Assembly (NCBI GenBank): GCA_951406725.2
Contig: OX597819.1
Location: 128,340,001 to 128,404,000 of the forward strand
From: Octopus vulgaris
Lineage: Eukaryota
Length of the DNA: 64,000 nt
Reading direction: 5' to 3'
The number at the start of each line of letters is the position of its first letter. Position 1 is the stretch's first letter. The notes under the pieces were generated by a model. It saw only the letters and a list, made by a program, of their open reading frames with translations. It searched no databases and was not told the DNA's origin. Both the position numbers and the translations under genes were made by a program. Of the stretch, positions 12,971 to 29,641 are shown one piece after another.

Positions 12971-13276
12971 GTTAGTTAGTTAGTTAATTTGGCTCAAAAG
13001 CAAATAGCAAAACCATGTAGGGAGACATGGAGTTAAGTACAGGGTGGTGTTCATGTAAAGAGTTCAGGCCACTTGAGGTCCAGGAGGCTTTGAACAAAGC
13101 GGTCGTCAATCTTCACCATCTCGTCTGGCAGCTTGTTCTTCCGCAACCCCGGAGAAAGCTCCTTCCTGATTGCGTCCAATAATGACACAGCCGACGCTCC
13201 GGAGCAGGAGTGTTCCACGTCCTCACCACGGCGTTGTTGGCTTTTCATATCTGGATTAACTGTATATATATAGGTG

Positions 13277-13318
<42 letters not shown>

Positions 13319-13605
13319 AATATGGGTCTCACCATGACATATATGGCAGGAATATGGCTGCTGTGAGCATTCCGAATGACCGTCGAATCAAAAACAGAAT
13401 TCCGCGCACTTTGTTGGCAGCATGGACGCACTGGGCCGAAGGCGAAAAGGAGGAATCCACCAAGATACCCAGGTCCTTTACCTGATCGGTCCTCTCCAGC
13501 AGCAGACGACCCGGCTCGAAATCAAGTTGAGTTGCAGGAGTAGAGCCGACAGGCAGATGACAGCACTTTGACACGTTCAGACACAGGTCCCAATCGTTAG
13601 ACCAT
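12971..13605 (-). mobile_element. CR1-clade LINE 3' fragment, internally deleted and interrupted by (TA)n
   Basis: KDLGILVDSSFSPSAQCVHAANKVRGILFLIRRSF. The (TAAC)n tail and 3' UTR are shared with the 45147 copy. Confidence 0.85.
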
Positions 13606-13694
13606 ATATATGAAAGGATTTTATCTCAGACAAATCCCACTGCATCATGCTTTCTAAAGGTGCGTATAGTGTTAGTATGATACACAAATATGGC

Positions 13695-13975
<281 letters not shown>

Positions 13976-15275
13976 ATATCACACGGCTATGAGAATGCGG
14001 TACATTCCAATAAAAAACTGCACTCACAGTCTCTCCTTTGGAACTGAATATTTGTATATCATATTATAATTATATATATCATATTATACTATATGATATT
14101 ATAGTCATACTATATGTTATCATTATGCAGTGGTGCATAAAATTATCTAATAATCTCTATCATTTACAGATGGATTATCCACATATCGCTGTGTGCCTCC
14201 ATCTCCGCCACAAAAATAATCGATTATATAAATGCCAAAACGACATTACATACATGCATGGTATCGTAAATTTGTTTCTTTTACCGATAAATATCTTAAT
14301 TCCAGTTAAAACAAGTTGAAGACTCGGAATACCAATTTTGGTTTCAATCTATATTAATGAACGACTAAAAGCAAACAAACAAGCTACATAAAAGATACAG
14401 CAATAGATAAATGTATCAAATGAATACTGATTTCTAGAGATGATATAGGGTCTCTAATCTTTATATTCAATGTAAAAATACCCTTACAAATAAAACTACT
14501 GCTGTCAACTTTTTGAAAGCAATCTTAGAAAAAATACCCCAGCAAAAAAAAATCATATCGAACACACCAGCATGGGTGATATTTTATTTTCATTTTAATG
14601 TTTAACCAGGGAGAAAATGTCTGTGCCCATAATTCTATATATTTCAAAGGCCTCAGAATCAAATGGATAGAGAGAAAGTTATCCTTAAACCGGAGAGCTG
14701 ACCTGAATGCTTGCAACAGAATCAACTCCGCTAAAGACACCCAAGGGCTAAGTGGTGATGTTAAACCAGGCAACTAATTAAATCTTCTAAGCTTTTTTTT
14801 TGTGTGTGGCGGGTGGTGGGGTGGGGTTAAAGACATGTGATATGTATTTCTTATGCTTCGCTGAAATGAAAGCTCATGGAATTAAGTGAACTGCGCAAAT
14901 ATATTTCGGGTGACGCAGTGTTGTCGAATTTTCCTGTTATTTTTGCAGTTTTTCCCGGGTCTAACCTGATGGAACAGACCTATAATCAAAGGACTTCGAG
15001 TTGTGACCAAGTTATGTCTTTAAGTGTAACAAGGACTACTTTATGCAATGTCCATCTTTTTAACTTCGTGATGCACTGAAGATTAACGTGTAAAATTAAT
15101 GTCACACTTTGTACGGAAATTTTTTTTTTAAATTATTGACACTGAAGTAAGGTTTTCAATAAAAGGTATATTTAAAATTTAATAATAGATTGGCGCAGAT
15201 TGGTGTTGCTATAGAAACTAGTCTGCTTCATGTAGTTCCTTTCTCTTGTTAATGGCAGGTCCAGTCTGTTTATAA

Positions 15276-15322
<47 letters not shown>

Positions 15323-15327
<5 letters not shown>

Positions 15328-15525
15328 AGACTTTACTATAAAAACAAAAGACGAAGACGGGTGGTGTACAAAAAAAACAGATGTATTAGTATAACGCTCA
15401 GGAATAGAAAAAGTATTTTATGTTTCGAGCCCACGCTCTTCTACAGAAAGGAACACAGAAAAAAACAAGGTTAGAAAAGGATAACAAGGAGAGAAAAAAA
15501 TGTGTGTAGTGGCTAACGATCTATA
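15323..15525 (-). mobile_element. Mini-element family E1 with a hammerhead-like motif at 15415-15450
   Basis: Near-identical to the 13802 copy. The 3' end abuts (TA)n. Confidence 0.7.
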
Positions 15526-15531
15526 TATGCA

Positions 15532-15613
<82 letters not shown>

Positions 15614-15614
<1 letters not shown>

Positions 15615-17540
15615 TCTTAGAGAATAGCATGACCATGTGGAACACACGTCTCTTTCTAAGCCATAGTAATGGGATGAGCCAGTCCAACAGCATCAACATC
15701 AAACGAGGCATCTTTCAAGGTGACTCCCTCTCTCCATTACTTTTTTGCATGGCACTGATCCCACTCTCAAACGAATTGGATAGTACCAGATATGGGTACA
15801 AAGTTTTTAGTAAGTTAATAAACCCCCTTTTCTATATGGACGACCTAAAGCTGTTTGCCAGGAATGACCAAGAGCTAGAAGGGCTGCTAACAACTGCTAA
15901 AGAGTTTAGCAATGATATCGGAATGGATTTTGGTCTTGATAAGTGTGCTAAAGCAACTTTTGTAAGAGGCAAGCTCAGGCAAACAGCTTCTGTTAAATTA
16001 GATATTGACACTACCATCAAGGAACTTGACCCACAAGAAAGTTACAAATACCTAGGAATCAACGAAGGAGATGGTATACATCATGCTACTATGAAGGAAA
16101 AAATAAGAAAGGAATACTATAGGAGAATAAGGCTTGTACTGAAGACTGAACTCAACTCCAAAAATTGCATTGAGACCATTAACACCCTGGCGCTTCCAGT
16201 AGTCCAGTACAGTTTTAACATCATTAACTGGAACCTAACGGAACTCCAACGCTTGGACAGGAAGACAAGAAAATTACTGACATCCAAGAACATGCACCAC
16301 CCTAAGGCAGATGTAGACCGCCTGTACCTACCTAGAAGCAGCGGGGGGAGAGGAATGATGCAATTAGAGCTGTGCTATAAGACCTCTACTGTAGGAATGA
16401 ACAGGTACCTATCTAGTACAAAGGACTGGATGCTGCGACTTGTGTGCGAACACGAAAGCAGCAAAAAGCTGCATTCTATTGTCAAGGAAGCCTATAAGTT
16501 CGAAAGGGAACTAGACATTAACCTTGAATCAGATGAAGAGCCGGAAACCACTGCTACCAAGCAAGCAAAGCGAATCAAGCAGACTGCAAAAAAGAACGGG
16601 CAGAATCAAATTGAGAGGCGGTGGAGCCAGAAGCCCCTGCATGGACAATATATTCTCCGAAGCCAAAATGCTGATGTAGACCAAGCAACAACCCATCAGT
16701 GGCTGAAGAGTTCTGGATTGAAAGCAGAGACTGAAGGCTTCATAATGGCAGCACAAGATCAAAGCTTGTTTACCAGAAATTACCAGGCTAACGTTCTCCG
16801 AAACGGTACTGACCCTAAATGCAGATTCTGCGACACATTTGACGAAACGATAGACCATCTCGTTTCGGGATGTCCTGTGCTGACACCAAACGAATACAAA
16901 AATCGCCACGATAGGGTAGGACAGTATATACATTGGAAGATATGTAAATACTACAAATTCGACACTCCTGCTAACTGGTATGAACACCATCCTCAGCCAG
17001 TTGTTGAAGGTAAGGATGTCACCATCCTCTGGGATTTTCCAGTCAACACTGACAGAACGATCAAGGCTAATCGACCAGACATAATTGTTAAAGACAGGGA
17101 AGAAAATACCTGCAGACTAATAGAGGTAAGCGTCCCCACTGATAAAAATGTATCTGTAAAGGAATTTGACAAACTTAGTAAATATAAGGACCTGGAAATC
17201 GAAATACAAAAGATGTGGAATCTTAAAACAAAAACTGTTCCTGTTATTGTAGGTGCCCTAGGTATGATAAAAAAGGGATGTCAGAAACACCTAGACAATA
17301 TCCCTGGAGAACCATGTCTCAAGGAAATCCAAAAGATTGTGCTAACAAGTACTGCCCACATCCTTAGAAAAACCCTATCAATGTAAATGTTTGTGTTTGT
17401 ATTACATGGAGATATTTCTCTACTTCCCCTCCCCAAGCTTTCAGCTATATTTCAACAACTCTTAACCTTCACTTGCCCTAGGGCGCTGGGTGTGCCCCGG
17501 CAAGTGATTGCATCAAACATGCAGATTAAAAGTAAATGAC
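15614..17540 (+). mobile_element. 5'-truncated R4/Dong-clade non-LTR retrotransposon inserted in (TAA)n
   Basis: Uninterrupted RT-CCHC-RLE frame and a ~155-bp 3' UTR. (TAA)n at 15548-15613 and (AAT)n at 17541-17560 flank it. Confidence 0.92.
15629..17386 (+). CDS. Reverse transcriptase C-terminal half, CCHC zinc knuckle and restriction-like (PD-(D/E)xK) endonuclease; partial ORF of an R4/Dong element
   Basis: GIFQGDSLSPLLF, YMDDLKL, FGLDKC, YKYLG, CRFC...ETIDHLVSGC, RHD, RPDIIV...IEVSVP...KLSKYKDL. The frame is open from 15614 (FLENSM), so the ATG is internal. Confidence 0.92.
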   Translation: MTMWNTRLFLSHSNGMSQSNSINIKRGIFQGDSLSPLLFCMALIPLSNELDSTRYGYKVFSKLINPLFYMDDLKLFARNDQELEGLLTTAKEFSNDIGMDFGLDKCAKATFVRGKLRQTASVKLDIDTTIKELDPQESYKYLGINEGDGIHHATMKEKIRKEYYRRIRLVLKTELNSKNCIETINTLALPVVQYSFNIINWNLTELQRLDRKTRKLLTSKNMHHPKADVDRLYLPRSSGGRGMMQLELCYKTSTVGMNRYLSSTKDWMLRLVCEHESSKKLHSIVKEAYKFERELDINLESDEEPETTATKQAKRIKQTAKKNGQNQIERRWSQKPLHGQYILRSQNADVDQATTHQWLKSSGLKAETEGFIMAAQDQSLFTRNYQANVLRNGTDPKCRFCDTFDETIDHLVSGCPVLTPNEYKNRHDRVGQYIHWKICKYYKFDTPANWYEHHPQPVVEGKDVTILWDFPVNTDRTIKANRPDIIVKDREENTCRLIEVSVPTDKNVSVKEFDKLSKYKDLEIEIQKMWNLKTKTVPVIVGALGMIKKGCQKHLDNIPGEPCLKEIQKIVLTSTAHILRKTLSM

Positions 17541-17596
17541 AATAATAATAATAATAATAACAAAGGGTAAAATCTTTGCTGAACCCTAATTATTAA

Positions 17597-17631
<35 letters not shown>

Positions 17632-18478
17632 TATATTCCAATGATGCGCTGAAAGGTCCGAAACGCTACCAAAAAGGCTGGCGGCCATGGTCGATAAGCT
17701 CCACCTATCCTCGACGTGGTTTAACAACGTTTATAATTGCAGATAGGTTACTCTGGAATCGTATAGAAAAGGAGCACAGAAAACGTAATTTGTATTTATG
17801 TTTCATATGACTTGCACGTTTTTCAGAAAACTGGCAGCGCTAATTACGTAATTCTATATAGTTTATTATGCAGCACAATGCAGCCGGCACACTTCGTCAG
17901 TATTATTATCAAAAACAGTAACAATAATATTAATATTGCGCCTATGGGTTGGTTTGATTTTGGGCCTGCACGTCTATTTGGATTTATGTATATGTGCGTA
18001 AGTTACATCGCTAGACTATTGTTCTGTCATCGTCTGTGTATTAAAACTCTTTCGAACTGGACCACGGTGGTTTTTATCTGATAAACTGACTTCTTTCTGA
18101 ATACCACAAATCCATCTACGATCTCTTACTTTTCTGTTCTGTTCTGTCCTTTCTCTCTCCTTGTGATGCTGGTCTTACTATAGATTATTAGCAATTCGGG
18201 CTTCTTGCGTGAAAACGGTAAATTCGACGAGCGTGCACTACATATCTCTACGGTAGGCGTAAAAGCCGGGAACTGTCATGGCTTACCTGCGCGAACGCTT
18301 TCATCCATGCGCAGGAAGGGTGACGTCACCTTCCATCCAAAGAACATTGCCCTGGCAACATTAATCTACGCGGGGAAACAATCAAGTCGGCTTTTTAAAC
18401 GCACCTCGTGCAAACAACCGTGTATGTGTGTGTGTTTGGGTATATATGTGTTTGATTTTACATGCTTACATGTATGTA

Positions 18479-18536
<58 letters not shown>

Positions 18537-18594
18537 ACATATATATATATATATATATATAGTGTATGTATATATATATATATATATATATAAG

Positions 18595-18653
<59 letters not shown>

Positions 18654-18835
18654 TTAGAGATAAAACTACTATTATGCTACTCAAACAGTGATAGACATAA
18701 ACCAATACATAAATAACAAGTAATATATATAATTAATATAATATATAATATATATATATATATATTTAACAATATCACAGTAACACAGTGATATCGACCA
18801 TATCCTCAGATGCGCTTATACACTGCTGGTCACTG

Positions 18836-18929
18836 ATTGCTTGACAACCGATGCTGGTGTGTTTACGTCCCCGTCACTTAGCGGTTCGGCAAAAAGAGAC
18901 CGATAGAATAAGTACTGGGCTTACAAAGA
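18836..18929 (+). mobile_element. SINE family B internal fragment
   Basis: Near-identical inverted match to 19402-19494. Confidence 0.8.
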
Positions 18930-19830
18930 TTGTGCCATTTTTTTCCATCTTGACAGAAATTGCTTAACTAACTTGATTTCCCTTCGTCATGGAGGCCTTA
19001 CAGGTGTCCTTTTGGACAGCAAATGCGCAGGTCCGCCTGCTCTCTGTAAACCTTGCGATATATCCGGCCTAGCGGAACTTGTGCTTTCGTTACTCTGCAA
19101 TCACACTGTTTTCTCCGCTCCTTTCTTAAATGATCTCATCTCGAATGTGTTCACTTAGTGATATTCCTAGCATGGATCCGTCCTTGGCCCTTTGCTTTGT
19201 AGCCAATCTATGTTCTCTCCTCTTCGTAATAACCAGAGCGCAGGTAGGATGGTGCCATTGAAGAGTGTGGCACACATGGTATTGTCTAGCTTTGTTTCGA
19301 GAACATTCTTTACTCTTTACTCTTTTACTTGTTTCAGTCATTTGACTACGGCCATGCTGGAGCACCGCCTTTTAGTCGAGCAAATCGACCCCGGGACTTA
19401 TTCTTTGTAAGCCCAGTACTTATTCTATCGGTCTCTTTTGCCGAACCGCTAAGTGACGGGGACGTAAACACACCAGCATCGGTTGTCAAGCAATACTAGG
19501 GAGACAAACACAGACACACAAACACACACACATACACACACACACATATAAATACATATATACGACAGGCTTCTTTCAGTTTCCGTCTACCAAATCCACT
19601 CACAAGCCATTAGTCGGCCCGAGGCTATAGCAGAAGACACTTGCCCAAGATGCCACGCAGTGGGACTGAACCCGGAACCATGTGGTTGGTAAGCAAGCTA
19701 CTTACCACACAGCCACTCCTGCGCCTATATAAATATTGAGTTAAATTGAGTTAAATGGTTATGTGTCTTCCATCCTGCCCTTGATCTCTTTGAGATTTTA
19801 GCATCCATATTTCAGAGCATATTCACTGTA
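18930..19830 (-). mobile_element. Decayed RTE-clade LINE C-terminal fragment, split by a SINE B insertion
   Basis: Minus strand: ISKEIKGR / ATLFNGTILPAL / QRA...SMLGISLSEHIRDEII / KFR*AGYIAR, resembling RTE QRAMERSMLG-SLRDHIRNE...WAGHVAR. Confidence 0.6.
19304..19726 (-). mobile_element. SINE family B, full length
   Basis: Reverse complement of the 10330 copy. Confidence 0.88.
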
Positions 19831-20684
19831 TACCCTCAGAAGACGTACCCCTTTACTTACACGATTTCCTCGATTCCCACCTCTATTCGGCCTTCAGCTA
19901 CGTTTTGACCGCACATAAACGACCCGGTCACCATACTTAGAAAATGTGTACTTCTGAAAGCCTTATAAACTGTAGTATTCGTCTTGAAAATGCTTTTCTT
20001 ATAGACGTATAGTGCTAAAAGACACAGAAATGTACCAGCAGCTGGTGAAAATCTCTCAGTAGCGGCGATAGCATTGCTGAATCCGGATTTCTGCATTTTT
20101 GAGCTTCATCAATAGCAGGTTTTATGGCATCGCATGGTAGGCAACAACCGGCTGCTAGCTGATATAGTTAGATAAACAATGATTGAATGATCCCTGATGT
20201 CGATATTAGGTGCAGGGCTACAAACTGTTGGTTTATTTCACCCTCAGCACTCAACTGATAATTTATTTAGCTTAAGGTGAGAAAATGCAAAGTTGAGCTT
20301 CAACTCAGAATGTCAAGAACAAATCCAAACATTCGGTTTTTGGCATACAGTGCACGTTCAATTTTTCTGTACATTATGCTGTAATATTATCACTATTCTT
20401 AATTCTGGTACCCGTAGTTGGACTGTGGCGAATTTATATAGCGTTACCGTGTATATCTAAAAAGAATAATAATAAACAATGCGGAATTGATACAATTTTA
20501 ACGCAAAAGATGAATATGCTAAAATTCTGGAAACAATCTCACAGACTAACACGCACACACATATATTCAATGAAATGTGTGAATGTGTGTTTGCATCAGT
20601 ATGCGTATTTGCATCTTTTGTATGCATATATATAGATACTTGTGAATATGTGAATAAATATGTAAGCCTATACATATATGAATA

Positions 20685-20730
<46 letters not shown>

Positions 20731-20825
20731 TTGTATTCATTGTTTCTTCTAGCGTTTAAGGCTGCCTGTTAAAGACCGCTTCTCTTGTTTTTAAATGTAC
20801 ACTAATTTTATATATATATATATAT

Positions 20826-21032
20826 AAATTAGAAAAACTACCTTTAATCAATTCAAAATGAAAAATTAATTTACACCATCTAGAAAATTACATAGAGTAG
20901 AAATATTAAAATTAAAATAACAATAAAATACCAATGATAAAGTAAATTGCAAAGAATTATAAAAACGTATATAATTGGTAGAATTGAATTTTTTCCCTGT
21001 AAGTTAGGATTAATATTCCCTCAAATAATTAT
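20826..21032. repeat. Second copy of the 7366-7615 AT-rich repeat
   Basis: Shares all three modules, with the middle module in the opposite relative orientation. Confidence 0.65.
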
Positions 21033-21353
21033 ATATATATACAAAAACACGCACACATGCATCTTTATATATATATATATATATATATATAATCAAAATC
21101 AAAATCAAAATCATATGGAAACGTACATAAAAAGGTAACATATACATACAAGCACACACTTACATCTTTATACCCATATGCAAACGTCTATAAAAATGTA
21201 ACACATATAGTACACAAAAACACACACATACCTATAGACACACACACACCCACACACAAAAATATATATAAGCAAACATATATACTTGTTTGTATTTATA
21301 TATATACTTATATATACTTACATATGTATATAAATATATGTGTATCTATGAGC

Positions 21354-21389
<36 letters not shown>

Positions 21390-21393
<4 letters not shown>

Positions 21394-21799
21394 TTTTATT
21401 CTTTTATTCTTTTACTTATATCACTTGTTTGACAGCGGCCATGTTGGAGCACCGCCTTTAGTCAAACAAATCGACCCCAAGACTTATTCTGTATAAGCCT
21501 AGTACTTATTCTACCGGTTCCTTTTGACGACTCGCTCAGTTACAGTGCCGTAAACACACCAACATCGGTTGTCAAGTGATGGTTGGCGGAGGGGAAACAC
21601 GGAAACACAAACTTATCCATGTAAATATATATATACGGCGGGCTTCTGTCAGTTTCCGTCTACCAAATCCACTCACAAGATTTTGGTCGGCCCGAGGCTA
21701 TAGCAGAAGTCTCTTGCCCAAGGTGCCGCGCAGTGGGACTGAACACGGAATAATGTGGTTCGTAAGCAAATTTCTTACCACACAGCCGCTCCTGCGCCT
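21390..21799 (-). mobile_element. SINE family B, full length, diverged
   Basis: Colinear with the family consensus. Confidence 0.85.
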
Positions 21800-25940
<4,141 letters not shown>

Positions 25941-26289
25941 GTCTGGGTGTATGTTTACATGTTTACGTATCAACTATGTGGCTGTTCATCTGGCCGAGAC
26001 AAGATATAAACTCGTCATATGCTAATCTTTCCTCAGCTCCCGTCTCTCCTATTTTATTTCTTCTTCTTCTTAAGTTTAATATATACACGTCTTACACAAG
26101 AGGCCGCTTGCGTGAACACGTAAAACTTGTTCTCTAACACTTCCCATGCCATTTCTAGAACCACCTTCAGCACAAACTGGTTCTCTTTGGGTATTTTTTG
26201 GGAGTGAGGGAGAGAGAGGAGTGTTCGGGTGGAATGGGGTTTTTTTTCTGTCTTCTGATATAAAAAAAAATAAGTATATAATGACGCAT

Positions 26290-26452
26290 TCACCTTCATC
26301 ATCATCATCATCATCATCATCAATAGCAGCTGTATTAATGTAGTTGTTGTCGTTGTCGTCATCATTATCATCATCATCATCATCGAAATAGCTACTTCCA
26401 TTATTATCATTAGCATTACTATGATCCTTATAGAGGAAGTAGTAGTAGTAGT

Positions 26453-26536
<84 letters not shown>

Positions 26537-26548
26537 TGTTGTATTAGT

Positions 26549-26599
<51 letters not shown>

Positions 26600-27060
26600 T
26601 GTTATTGTTGTAGAAGTAGTATTAGTAGTAGTAGTATTAGTAGTGGTGGTGGTGGTAGTAGTAGTAGTAGCAGCAGCAGCAGCAGTACAACAACCACCGA
26701 CATTAGCACCATCTTTTTTTTCTTATATTGCACATTTTCGATGCATTTTCAGAGGGTTTTTCTTCTTTTTGTACCTTTTTAATTTTTTTTACTCGCTTTA
26801 CTAATATTTGTCGTACTATAACACTAGTTCTATTATTAGTATTAATACCACCACCTTACCCAACAGCAGGAGCAACAGGTCATTGTTACTCTTATACGTG
26901 TATACTCCTCATCGTCATTATCATCACCAGTATTGTTATCAGTAGAAGCATCTTTTTGATCGTCATCATCATCATTATCATCATTATAATCCTCATCATC
27001 ATCTTCATCAGCATCGTCATCACCATCATAATCATCGTTATCTTCTTCACCCACAAACAT
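26290..27060. repeat. Triplet-repeat block (CAT, GTA, GCA, GTG)
   Basis: Direct reading. Confidence 0.9.
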
Positions 27061-27063
27061 TAT

Positions 27064-27290
27064 TAAGAAGGAGAGTTGGCAGAAACGTTTGTGCGTCGGA
27101 TAAAATGCTAAGCAGCATACCTTCCGGCAATTTACGTTCTGAGTTAAAGTCATGCGGAGGTCATCTTTGCCTTTCATTCTTTCGAAGGTCGATAGAATAA
27201 AGTGCCAGTATTGTACAAGGCTTCATGGGATCGACTGACATCATTCCCTTGAACTGCAGGGCTTATGCGAAAATATGAAACAACAGTGTT
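27064..27290 (+). mobile_element. SINE family C, old diverged copy
   Basis: gagttggcagaaacgtt...tttgcctttcattctttcg. Confidence 0.65.
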
Positions 27291-27293
27291 ATT

Positions 27294-28245
27294 AAGGCGG
27301 CAAGCTGGCAGAAACGTTAGCACGCCGAGCGAAATGCGTTGCCGTATTTCGTCTGCCGTTACGTTCTGAGTTCAAATTCCGCCGAGGTCGACTTTGCCTT
27401 TCATCCTTTCGGGGTCGATAAATTAAATACCAGTTACGCACTGGGGTCGATGTAATCAACTTAATCCGTTTGTCTGTCCTTGTTTGTCCCCTCTGTGTTT
27501 AGCCCCTTGTGGATAGTAAAGAAATAGGTATTTCGTCTGCCGTTACGTTCTGATTTCAAATTCCGCCGAGGTCGACTTTGCCTTTCATCCTTTCGGGGAC
27601 AATAAATTAAGTACCAGTTACGCACTGGGGTCGATATAATCGACTTAATCCGTTTGTCTGTCCTTGTTTGTCTCCTCTGTGTTTAGCCCCTTGTGGATAG
27701 TAAAGAAATAGGTATTTCGTCTGCCGTTACGTTCTGAGTTCAAATTCCGCCGAGGTCGACTTTGCCTTTCATCCTTTCGGGGTCGATAAATTAAATACCA
27801 GTTACGCACTGGGGTCGATGTAATCAACTTAATCCGTTTGTCTGTCCTTGTTTGTCCCCTCTGTGTTTAGCCCCTTGTGGATAGTAAAGAAATAGGTATT
27901 TCGTCTGCCGTTACGTTCTGATTTCAAAATCCGCCGAGGTCGACTTTGCCTTTCATCCTTTCGGGGTCGATAAATTAAGTACCAGTTACGCACTGGGGTC
28001 GATACAATCGACTTAATCCGTTTGTCTGTCCTTGTTTGTCTCCTCTGTGTTTAGCCCCTTGTGGGTAGTAAAGAAATAAGTATTTCGTCTGTCTTTACGT
28101 TCTGAGTTCAAATTCCGCCGAGGTCGACTTTGCCTTTCATCCTTTCGGGGTTGCTAAATTAAGTACCAGTGTAATTCTGGGTTCGATGTAATCCACTAGA
28201 CCCTTGCCCCCAAACTTCGAGCCTTGTGCTTTTAATAGAAAGGAT
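27294..28245 (+). repeat. Tandem array of the SINE C body: one head, four 184-bp units and a partial fifth unit
   Basis: The unit start gtatttcgtc occurs at 27344, 27528, 27712, 27896 and 28080. Confidence 0.95.
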
Positions 28246-28456
28246 TAAGGCGATGAGCCGGCTGAATCGTTAGCACGCCGGGTAAAATACTAAGCGGCAT
28301 TTCTTTCGTCTTTACGTTCTGAGTTCAAATTCCACCGAGGTCGACTTAGCCTTTCATCCTTTCGGAATCGACAGAATAAGTACCTGGGTTCGAGGTAATC
28401 GACTACATCCCCTCCCCCAAATTTTCAGGCATCATACCTTTAGTAGAAGAGAATAT
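28246..28456 (+). mobile_element. SINE family C with the alternative short tail
   Basis: Same head and core, with tail cccctcccccaaatttt...tagaag. Confidence 0.75.
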
Positions 28457-28794
28457 TATTACTATTATATAAATAAATTTAGTTATTTATTTAATAATTT
28501 ACTCAAATGTCGAGACTTCTGCATATGTACCTTAATGTGTATTAATCTTTACAAAAAATAAGACAAACTTCAAGCGCTAGGTAACTTCTACACACAAATA
28601 TAAGGTCAGGAACATGCCTCCACAAAAATGTACAAGCGTACACACATACACAAGTATATATATAAATATACCTTCATATACATATTCTCTCAAAATCACA
28701 TACATATCGACTTCACTCCGTTGTTTATAATCTTATTAATAAGCAAAAATATGCATTCAGTTGTGTGTGAGTGTATGACTCTATACGTGTGTGT

Positions 28795-29010
28795 GTATGT
28801 GTGTGTGTGTGTGTGTTTGTCCAACCAGTATTCCCAGACAATCGAGGTTGGTGTGTTTCCGTCCCCGTAACTTAGCGTTTCAACAAAAAAGAGACCGACA
28901 AATTAAGTACTAGGCTTACAAAGAATAAGTCCTTGGACGATTTGTTCGACTAAAGGCGGTGCTCCAGAATGGCCAGTCAAATGACTGAAACAGGTAAAGG
29001 AATAAAAGAG

Positions 29011-29011
<1 letters not shown>
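28795..29011 (+). mobile_element. SINE family B, 3' half
   Basis: ...gactaaaggcggtgctccag...aaagagt. Confidence 0.8.
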
Positions 29012-29050
<39 letters not shown>

Positions 29051-29054
<4 letters not shown>

Positions 29055-29290
29055 TTATTCTTTTATTTGTTTCAGTTATTTGACTGCGGCCATGCTGGAG
29101 CACCACCTTTTGTCGAACAAATCGATCCAAGGACTTGTTCTTTGTAAGCCTAGTACTTATACTATCGGGCTCTTTTGACGAACCGTTAAGTTACGGGGAC
29201 GTAAACACACCAACATCGGTTGTTAAGCGATGGTGGGGGGACAACCACAGACACACAAACACACACACACATACACACACACACACACAC
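29051..29290 (-). mobile_element. SINE family B, 3' half, tail-to-tail with the 28795 copy across (TA)n
   Basis: Reverse-complement match to the family tail. Confidence 0.8.
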
Positions 29291-29569
29291 GCATGTATAT
29301 ACAGACACACAGATAGATAGATAGATATACGTACGAATATATACATATATATACATGCATATATTTATTCATATATATATATATATGTGTGTGTGTGCGC
29401 ACACATACAGATATATACTTGTGTGGTCACAGCTAATGGCTGAAATAAATAAAAGAATAAAGAATATGTGTGTGTGTGTGTGTGTGTGTGTATGTAATAT
29501 ATATGTATAAATATTTGTGTATACATACACACATACATGCATACATACATACATACATACATAAATACA

Positions 29570-29641
<72 letters not shown>

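Noticed and set aside
15629-15631. ATG as the true start of a 585-aa host protein
   Set aside because: The frame begins mid-RT at 15614, right after the TAA run. It is a 5'-truncated retrotransposon lacking the N-terminal RT motifs.
19857-20096. 79-aa non-repetitive ORF ending at a GTAAGT donor-like site
   Set aside because: It is adjacent to an RTE remnant and faintly resembles LINE C-terminal sequence (T-VYKA). There is no evidence for a host exon.
27344-28200. Regular array considered as a CRISPR array or a retrozyme
   Set aside because: There are no unique spacers and the context is eukaryotic. I found no CTGANGA...GAAA hammerhead core on either strand of the 184-bp unit.
28795-29290. 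Apparent large palindrome around (TA)n
   Set aside because: The arms differ at many positions and are better explained as two independent SINE B copies lying tail-to-tail.
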